From Camelus dromedarius (Eukaryota), in assembly GCF_036321535.1 (NCBI RefSeq), contig NC_087451.1, positions 42,718,001 to 42,782,000 of the forward strand: DNA of 64,000 nucleotides, written 5' to 3'. Below are positions 45,801 to 55,472 of this stretch, one piece after another (the first letter of the stretch is position 1; every line of letters starts with the position of its first letter). Under the pieces are notes generated by a model. It saw only the letters and a list, made by a program, of their open reading frames with translations, searched no databases and was not told where the DNA came from. Both the position numbers and the translations under genes were made by a program.

Positions 45801-47830
45801 ACTTGTCAAGACGGGAGAGAAGCAGGGGGCACACTCAGTCTGGGCTTCTCTTTGGCCTCCACTCTGAAGCCAGGTGGGGGCAGAGTCCAGAGAGGGTAGG
45901 GCCACCGTATGACCAGCCCTCCCTCCCACCCTTCCCCTTCACCCACCTCCACCCAACCCTTGCAGGAGTGGAGAACTGGGTCTGGGCTGAAGATATGGCT
46001 TATGCCCACTCGGTGGTACCCTGGAGTCCTGAGCACCAGATACAGAGAATGCAGGTGACTCGGAAGTTGCTGGAGACGGAAGACCAGGCTGCCTTCCCCC
46101 TGGGAACTGCCCTGCCTCGCTACGTGTACCTGGCCAGCAACCACAGCAACAAGTGGGGCCACCCTCGGGGCTACCGCATCCAGGTGGTCAGCTTTCCTGG
46201 GGAGCCGCTGCCCCAGGCCAGCTCCATGGAGAGAAGCCTCAGCTGGGCGAGGTGGGTGGCACGGTGTGTGTGTTTTGTGGAGTGGGAAGGGGCGGAGAAT
46301 GAGAGTGAGAAGGGAGTGTTGGGAGGGGCACTCGGGAACTCAGTTCAAATTTTATGCGAGGTGAGAGAAGAACTCAAAAAGGATTTCCTGGGTATCAAAA
46401 TTCACACAGTGGATGGATACATGGCCCCCTTGGAATACTAAAGCCCAGATGGCAGAATTCTTTTCTGTTTTGGAGAGGCCATGCTGTGAAATGACAAGGG
46501 GTGAACAGGAGGACATGGAAAGATGTTGGGCAACCCATTAGGGTGGCATCAAAGTCACTGTGTGGATGAGATGGGAAAGCTGAGGTCCATGTGCTGGGCT
46601 CCCTTCCCCAATAATCAGGAGGCAGGATGGGGCTAGTGACCTGGAGGCCTGACTAGTACAACTCTAGGTACAAGCTGGCCGTGACCCAGAGGAAGGAGAC
46701 AGAGCCCACCAGCACCAGCATCTTCAATCAGAATGACCCCTGGACCCCCTCTGTGGACTTCTCTGGCTTCATCAACAATGAGACTATTGCTGGAGAGGTC
46801 GGTTGACCGCGTGGGGACTGAGGGAGGCGGGCAGGGGCCCAGAGATGAGCCCCGCCTTTTCCTGGGGGTCCCTGAAAGCCATCTATCTCCTCAAAGGCAG
46901 AGCTGACTCCTGCCTTCTGTGGATCCGATCATTACCTGTTGAGGGAATCTTCCCAAGCTGGGAGTTCACTCGTACACACTGGCTGAGGCACCAGCCTCTC
47001 CTCAAGACACTACAGCCTTCTAAGTCTCAACTTTGTGGACTTGGCCCTTTTAGGGCCCCAGGACTCAGGAGTGCTGAAAGTCACCAAGGAAGGCCACATA
47101 GCTTATATCTAAAGCTTCTTCAGTCCTGGCTTTACCACTAAAGGATTAATTTTTAAATGTCGGACTTTTCTGCTTCCCAAGCCCTGAACTTCCCTCCTCC
47201 ATCCGCCTCTCAGTTAGAGTTTGGGAACTCTCTCACAGAGTTAGGGGAGAGGAGCTAAGTAGCTGGTGGGTGTCATCATTCCTCTGGGGGTGGGTAGGCT
47301 GATGGAGATGCTATGGGGAACATCAGAGATGGTGGGTGTGGGCTGGCACTGGGGGCAGGTGTGGCTCCCAATATGAAATTGACTATGCTTTGACTTCTGG
47401 GCTAGTAGGAAACATGTTTAAAGAGTTAAAATCCTTCTGAGGGAAGGTGGGCTGGCAAGGTGAATCATTCCATACAAGGCCACTGTGGGGGAGGGGGCAG
47501 GTATGTCTTTAGCAAAGCCAGGCCTTATAATCCTTTTTCTTCACCCCTTGCTAGGACCTGGTGGCCTGGGTGACACCTGGTTTCCTGCACATCCCACATG
47601 CAGAGGACGTCCCCAACACGGTGACTGCAGGGAATGCCGCAGGCTTCCTCCTCAGACCCTACAACTTCTTTGACTACGACCCCTCCTTTGATTCTGCTGA
47701 CTCTGTCTACTTCCGGGGGGACCAGGATGCTGGGGCCTGTGAGATCAACCCCCTGGCTTGCCTTCCCAAGGCTGATGCCTGTGCCCCCCACTTCCCTGCC
47801 TTCTCCCATGCAGGCTTCGCTCATAACTAG
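42843..47830 (+). CDS. AOC3: Copper-containing amine oxidase 3 (VAP-1/SSAO, membrane primary amine oxidase), 763 aa, 4 exons
   Basis: Exons 42843-44442, 45966-46251, 46668-46797 and 47555-47830. Type II anchor [25 protein letters not shown], Asp386 (43998), STLLNYDY with TPQ Tyr471 (44253), His520/His522 and RGD 726-728 (47714-47722). Numbering is colinear with human VAP-1. Confidence 0.95.
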
Positions 47831-48291
47831 GTGGGTCCTGGGATGAGGATTTTGACTGGGGCCCTTGGACCAGGAAGTGTGGGAGGGGAGGCAACAGGCA
47901 CTGGGCAGGGCAGCCTGTGCCCTCCTCACACCCCAAGGTCCTCTCTCTCCCATTGTCCTCCCTGCCTCCCCCTCCCTGCTGGGAGCATCCTGAGCCTGTG
48001 ACACCTGACACAGGGGGCACTTGGCTTTGTGGACCCCAGACCTGCTGGGCTCCTGTCCCTGAGAGGAGAGGAACGGCCATTCGGGACCGTGGAGTGATGA
48101 TGGTTAAGCTTTTCCCAGAAGACTCCTGTTTTTGGTTTTGCTTTTTGGCTGTCCCAAACCTTTTTAGGACATCCCAATTCTCTCCTAAGACTCTCCAGTC
48201 CTTCCCTTGGGAGGCAAGGAAGAAGGCTCTCTATGGGGATAGCCCCCTAGAGGCCCCAGGGCAGGGTTCCTGCCAGGCCTATAACGCCATG

Positions 48292-48297
48292 AATAAA
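48292..48297 (+). terminator. Probable AOC3 polyadenylation signal AATAAA
   Basis: First AATAAA downstream of the stop codon, about 460 nt away. Confidence 0.65.
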
Positions 48298-51200
48298 GCT
48301 GGAAGAGGCCCCTTGGCCCATGGTCACTCTCATACTAGTCTTCCTTGTCTCTCTCTTCCTTCTTGCCTAACCATCTCCTGTTCCTACCTGTTCTTATATC
48401 CTGGGATTTCCCTCCCAGCCCTGAAGGGATGTTCCTCTGCCCTGATGCTCCCCTAGCCCTCATTTCTTAACTCTGGTCTCTTCTCCTGGCTCTAGGCCTG
48501 TGGAAGTCTCAATATGCAAGGTACATCTAGTTTGAGAGGACGCCTGTCTGTCTCCCTGTGTCTGGGAGCTGCCCTTACCCCCAGTCCTGGGGCAGGGTGT
48601 GTTTCCCCACAATTTTCTCTGCCCATTTGTATAGCCCTGCCTTGCATTCTCTGGGAGAGGATGAATAGAGTCAGCAGCAACTCAACTTAGCACTTTAAGT
48701 GGATTTGTGGGTGCAGTGGTAATGTGGAGTGGTCATTTTGTGCCAGGTCTGTGTGTGACCAATGCCCTCTGTACTCTGTAACAGCCAACAAGGGAGGCTG
48801 GGTGGGCACCAATTGTGAGAAGCAGGAAGACCCAGGAACTCCAGCCAGGGGGCCAGGGGCTGTCCAGTCACATGTGGGCATGCAAATAAGGCCAGCCTCT
48901 GGGGGAGGAGCCTCTCCCCATCACTGTCCTGGTTTGAGGCAGGGGAGGAGGGTCTGGATTAGGGATTGGTATACAAATAGAAAGAGATTGGAAACAGCAG
49001 AACCATCCTTCCCTAGAGGATTGGTTAAATAAATTCTGATACAGCCTTAACAATGCAATACTATGCAATTATAAAACTAATTACATCTCTTTATAGGGAA
49101 TCATCTTCCAGTGAAAGGGGCAAGGTGCAGAACTGTGTATAGGGCACTTCCATTTGTGTATTAGAAGGGAGGATAATACAAATATTTTCTTATAGATGCA
49201 TATTCAGAAGAAACAGGTAACACAGGTTGCCTCTGGTGAGGGAAACTGGGAAGTGGGGACCAGAGAGAGAGGAGACTTAGTATTATAAATCCTTTTGTAC
49301 ATTTTGAATTTTGAACCATAATTTTACCTATTCATTTATTATTATTCAGATAATAAATGGGCCCAAACAAGAACTATTTTTTTCTTTTACAGACGGGCCT
49401 TAAAAAGGGTGAGGTAGGGGAGGGTAAAGTGAGTTAAGAGATGGGCCTGGGACTCAGTTTTCTCATTTTTGAGACCCAGAGAAATGGGTGTGGCCTCTGG
49501 TAACTCCTTTGCCTTCTCTTGAGTGTATATCTCCAGGGGAAATATTAAACTTCAGCCAATCTCTCTTTTGCTCTGTCTCGTGCGCTCTCTCTCTTTGTTT
49601 CTCTCAGAAGAGGGGGCAAGGGGAAGCAATGGGGAGGGGTGACTTCTGCCTGCTGGGAGCCCAGGCCAGGCCAGGAGGTGCCATGCAGGGACCAGATTTT
49701 GGATGCTTCTCAGCTTCTGCCCAGAGGGAGATCACATCCAGGGAGAGCAGGCATCACGGAAGTTTCTGCTACCTTCTGTCCTGCCCCAAGTCCAAGTTCA
49801 CTTCTGGGTCAGTGGAACAATGGATGGAGACGAGTCAGTAAGCTGGAGAGAAACCAGGTTCCAAAGAACAGGGAAAAAGACTTCAGTAAGGAGAGAGGGC
49901 CAGGGATGGCTGGATGAATTTATAACATGGCCTGGGGTAGAAGCAAGAGTGACAGAGGACAGAAAGAGATTTAAGACAAGGAGAGACTGAAGACTGAGAC
50001 AGAGGAGAAAAAGGGATGTCATGACCAACGTGGCTCTGATACTTACTTGATACTACTTCTTTCTATGACCTGAGTAGTTTACCTTCTCCATTACATGCCT
50101 TTTGTTTCCACCTCCTTCTGGCTCCTTTTTATGGTCAGTTGCACAACAGTCAGCTGGAGGGAAAAGGAAAAAAGGAATGCTGGTGTCCACACCTCCCCCT
50201 ACCCCGATTTAATAACTTGAAACTCCTTGTCTTGTAACCCATCTCCAGACCCAAGAGGGTGAGTGTTTGCAAGTGGTGAGTGTGCATGTGAATGTGTGTG
50301 AAGGCTCGCTCACAAGCCTTGATCTGAAAAAGGGACTGTGGTTATGTCTCTCTACATGTCATCATGGGGATAACACCCCTGTTCCAGGCCTCAGTGGACA
50401 TGGAGATCATGAGATCGTTAGCCCTGCTGGGGTTTAGAGGGCTGCAAGTTGGACCCCCAGCCCCCTACCCCACCCACTCTCTCCCTTAGACCCCTGAGGC
50501 TGGAAGGACTGTCTGCCTCAGACTTGTGGTCAAGCGATAGGCAGGAATAGTGACCAAAGATGTCAGGTTCTAAAAGAACTGGTGTCTCCAAGGCCAGAGA
50601 TCTTTAGGACTTGCCCCCATTGCCCTCCTAAGAGGAGATGGACAAGGGGCCACCCGAGGCTAGGTCAGGGGCACAGCTGGGACTTCTCCAGGAATGTAGA
50701 CACGGGGAGCCCCTGTGAGGAGCACAGGATGCACTCACCTGCCTCTGCTCTCCTCCTGCAGCGCCTGGGAAAGTCTCCCTCTGCAGTGGAAGAGAAGGAT
50801 TCCTACATGCATTCAACAATGATTTCCCAAGTGCCTCCTACCTGCCAGGCACCTTGGGAGGGGCTAGAGGGACAGGTAAAGGGGCAATTACACGAGGGAC
50901 TTTCAGAGAGGAGGCGGGAGGTAGCAGGGGCTCCTAACCCAGACTTGAGGATGAGGAAAGGCTCCCTGAGGGACATGATGTCTAAATTGATCCTGGCAGA
51001 AGAGTAGAAGCTAGCCCCGGGAGAAGGAAGAGAATGGAGAGAAGGTTCTAAAAAGAGGAAACAGCATCTTCAAAGGCCAGGAGGTGACACAGTGGCACCA
51101 TACAAGTACCCAAGTTTGTTGACAGGTGGGTGGGCTGTGAGGGGAGTCCCGAGGGGCAAACAGAGGGCAGAAGAGGCAGGTCCTTGCTGCCATGGTTGCT

Positions 51201-53588
51201 CTAAGGAAAACAGGGAGCCATGGAAGGATTCTCACCAAGGGAGTGACAGGGTCAGAGTTGCCTTTGAGGACATTCCCTCCAACCCAGGTACAATGAATAG
51301 AGTGGACAGATGGCTTAGCCACAGGGCGGTGGGTCAGAGGTGAGAAATGACGGTGGCCGGAATGCAGGGGGAGGCCGGCAGAGGACTCCCGTGGGAAATC
51401 TGGCCTGAGGAGGCCATGCTTGCAGAGAGCCGGGATCAGAACCCCACATCCAGCTGCCTCCCTCCCCACTTCCCACCTCTGCTGAGGTCACAGATGAAGT
51501 AAAGAAGGATCCCTGGCCACTGACTCTGGTTTTTCCCGCTGTGCAGCCCATGACCTCCTGAGTGGAAGAGCATTACTGTATTTAATGATCACTTACCGCC
51601 TGGGAAAGTCACTTGCTGATTAAAGTACAATTCCACCCAACAATCAGTCCCCTTGGTAGTTAGCGTGGTGACGGCATAACTGGTTAGATGATCCTTTACA
51701 CAGTGCACAGTGGGTTTGGAAAAAAGTGAAATCCCTAAAAAAAAAAATGTGTCTGAAGCCCTCCTGACAGCTTTTTTGAATGGTTTGGCAGTGAGGATGG
51801 GCTCATTAATTCTACGGCCTCCTTACCCGTTCTAAGGGGAAACCCACCACTTCTGGCTCCTCCTAGAAAGTTCTCTTTCAGTTATCCACTCATCTCCCCG
51901 TACTTTAAATCTCTCCCTTTTGACTGGCTCTTCCTCTCAACTTTCTAAGCTTCTCCCAGGACCCTACCTCTCCTGGCCGGGGGTCTTCTCTCAGCCTGTG
52001 CCCTCCAAGGAATGTTCTTTCTACCCCTCCTGGGCTTGCTTCCTTTCCTCCCACCTCTGTCACTCCTCAATGCCCTGCCCTCCCTCTGCTGACCCACAAG
52101 CCACAGGCCCTGCTCTGACGAAGGTCACCAGTGACTTCCAGATGCAAAATCCGCAGGCCTTCCCAGCCTAGTTTCTGGACCTCTCAGTGGCATTTGACTA
52201 CTCGCTTCTTAAACTCTCTCTTATCTTGACCTCCCCACATTCTGACTCCTCCTCATCTATATTTGCTGCTTCTCGGGCTCCTGTGCTGGCTCCTTGCCCT
52301 CTGCTCTGCCCACAGGTCCCCTCAGCCCCACACCTCAGTATTTTCCAGGACTCTGTCCCTGGCCCTCCTGTCTCCTCTCTCCAGAGGTCCTCTCTGGGTG
52401 AGCTCAGGCTCTCCTTAATTCATGACTAATATTTGTTGTTTTGCCCAAGTCTGTATTTCTAGCCTAGAGGAACCTCTCTCCTGAACTCCTAGCCCATAGA
52501 GCCAATGGCCCTTTTTTCTGGGCATCTGTGCTGGGGTTCCCCCTGAGCACCTCAAACTCAAACTTGTTGGTTTCCCCTTTAAACTCACTGCTCTCCATGA
52601 AGGTCCAACTAGTGAGAGCCTCTCCCCACCCCAAGTCACCCAATGGGAAACCTTTGTGTCTTTGTGGTGTCATCTAAGAGGCTGTGCCCTTACTCACCCA
52701 CCCACCCAATCAGGCACTGAGTCCCATCTACTCCACCTACAACATCTGTCCAGACTCATCCTTTCCTCTGTGTCCTCAAGGCCACTCACCTCACCCTGGC
52801 CCTTTGCCTCCTGCCTGGTCTCCTCGACTCTAGTCTGTCCTATACCCAAGCCCTGCTCCGCGCCTCAGCCAGAGCCATCTCCCTAGAATGCGGATCAGAG
52901 TGGAGTGACTGGGTATACGGAGGGGGGTTCCCACTGGCTGCACATGGTCTCTAGGGCAGCAGCTCGGTTGAAGCACCACGTCCTGGGGCTCAGTCTTCAA
53001 CCTGAAGGCCAGGAGTGGGCTCTGGCTCCCAGGGATAAGCTCATCTTCAACACATTCATAGAGGCTGGGGCCAGGTCTGTCCAAAGAGAAATAAGACCTA
53101 GTTAGGGGAGTAGGGTGTGTGGTCCTGTCTCCTAATTCTTCAAAAGAGACGCCTTTTCAACAAGTTTTCAGAGTGTTTGACATGATGATTGTGAAGCCCA
53201 GGATGAAATGATGTCAGAAGGAAACAATGTGACAGTGAGACACTTAGGGAAGGTGGTCAGAGGGGGTGCCTTCTTACATCCTCATCCCCCCACCAGGCAA
53301 GGCAAAGGCTCTCCCTCCCACCACCTGATCATTGCCCACTTCCCATCTGACAGCCTGGCATTACCCAACCAGAGCAAACATTCACGACCTTTGCTTGGTA
53401 ACACTGGTCAGGACAAAAAACACTAGCCATCTTAACATTGTGTTCTTGGCTGGGAGCAAAGACCATAACTTACCAAAGGCCCAGATTCATGTTCCCAGGC
53501 TGGGAAAGCTTGCCTTGTGGCCAGGGCTGGGCCTTGACCTTAGATTCTACTCCTCCTTATTATGAAACCCAAATGGCTCATTTCAAAT

Positions 53589-54053
53589 TGAGATAGGCTG
53601 GGACCTGGGACCCTCTACCGGAGTGTCTGCTCTTGTACCTGAACAAATGTCTCTGGGAGCAACAGAATACAAAGGAACTATAAGGGCTTAAAAATAACTG
53701 CATCCATGCATGCGCACTCAGGGCAATTATGAACAATAAGATACAAAAAGGTCACAAACCAACTGCCACTTCTGAGGTGCCAGAGCAAAAGTAGGGGACT
53801 GTGCATGATGCCTGCACACAGCACCAAGGGGGTGGACAGACCACCTAAGCCACCCCTGGAACTGACCCACCAAGCCCTCTAACCCTCACCTCATTTAAGG
53901 AAACCAGTCTAACCTCCACAGAGAGCAAGCAAGGGAACCTGTCTTTTGTCTTTGCTCCCTCCTGCTGCAGCACGAGTCCCTTGACTGAATTTCTCATCTG
54001 GTCTCTTATCAATTTCTATTGATTAAAGAGTCCAAGAACCTGGGTCAGTAACA
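53589..54053 (+). mobile_element. Solo LTR of a class I (ERV1-like) endogenous retrovirus, 465 bp
   Basis: Starts with TG (TGAGATAGGCTGGGACC) and ends with CA (GGGTCAGTAACA). Exact 4-bp TSD AAAT (53585-53588 / 54054-54057) and ATTAAA poly(A) signal at 54022-54027. No internal retroviral sequence. Confidence 0.85.
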
Positions 54054-55472
54054 AAATGACCCCTTATGTTTAATTTCCATATCAAAATATAGCTGATTGC
54101 ATAAATGAGCTGATATCTGGATAATCTGACCTTTCTGGTGTTGATTTACCTGGTTTAACTGGTTCCAAGATTTCTTAACTCTTTTCCTGCAATTACTACT
54201 TTGCTTAAAACACAAGGCTTCCCGACCTGCCTGCCTCCCCTCCCACCTCGCACCAAGGACACTGACCTTTTGGCCGTTCCCTGCCCATGTCAATGCTGTT
54301 TCAACTTTCTGTACCTTTTCACCTCCTGTTCTCTTCAGCTGAACATCCAGTCTGTTCTCCCCCAGGCCCATGCATCTGTCTATCGTGGCTTCCTGAAGAA
54401 ATGTTCCTGGACATGTCCAGGTTAGAAAGTCTTCTCCCCCAGGATCATAAAGGAAAGCATGTCCCCTCTCTGGAACCCTCAGTTTCTCTTAGTTCTGGAC
54501 CTGGCTGCCCAGAAAGTGGAGGTGCTTTCGCTCTCTGCCTCTACAACATTTTGGAGGAGGGTTTCCTGGAGATGAGGGTTCTAGGCTGCTAGGTTAATTT
54601 TATAGTCAGTTTTCCAGGCACCCTGAGCTCTAACCTGACCCATCAGCCCTGCTCGAGGGATGGATGGGGGTCTCTGTTATACTGCCACCCCACCACCTAC
54701 TCTGACTTCGGATTGGCTCTACCCTCCTGCCCGCGAATGCTTCCCTCCAGTGATTTAGGGTCCTCAGGGCCTCCAGTATGTTGACCTGGCTCAGCCCTTC
54801 AGCCCCCCAGCTCTTCCCAGGTGATTTGTGTTCTCAGTAGACCTCTCAAGCCTCCCAGGGAGTGGATGCCAGTAGGATTCTGGTTGATGGGGGGTGGGTA
54901 GCAGTAGACAGTGATGAGGAGCAGAGCCTGGAGGGCATCACAAACTAGAGAGAGGAAGGAGGGAAGCAAGCTGGAGGGGTGAGCACAGGTGAGTTTTGCT
55001 TGCAGCCTTGTAGCCAGGAGAAAGATTCCATCCAGAGGGTAGAGGAAGAGCCCAAGGACAGTCCCTTTCTGCCCCTGTCAGTTCTTCCTCTTGCTGCACT
55101 CGCTCCAGCTGTGTTAATGCCAAAGCCCACCCCTCCCCTGCTTCATTCCCAACCTTGAACTTGAGTGTTTGACTTGGAACAGGAGGACAGGCTTACATGG
55201 GCCATTGAAAGTCCAGGTTCCCACCTGAGCCCCGCCTCCCAAGCCTGGCCAGACTCCTGGCACCGTCCACTTCCACCCCCTCCCAACCCTCTGTACTTGG
55301 CTGCTTGTCTTCAATGTACCCATCATGCCTCTTTCCCAGAAAAACCACCCAGAGACCAAGCACCTCTGGAGACTGAAAGAGACATCCTGCACTCAGGTCC
55401 TGTCGGTCGATCTTTTTATCTTGCATTCTGCATTCTGATTCAAGAGACTGAAGACAGCCAGGAGCTTCAGCT

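Noticed and set aside
49786-49800. CCAAGTCCAAGTTCA nuclear-receptor-like repeat between AOC3 and AOC4
   Set aside because: A single short motif without conservation data, too weak to call an enhancer.
48500-55400. Possible additional AOC pseudogene fragment between AOC3 and AOC4
   Set aside because: No translation in the ORF track or by eye resembles AOC exons. The interval looks like unique DNA plus L2, MIR and LTR relics.
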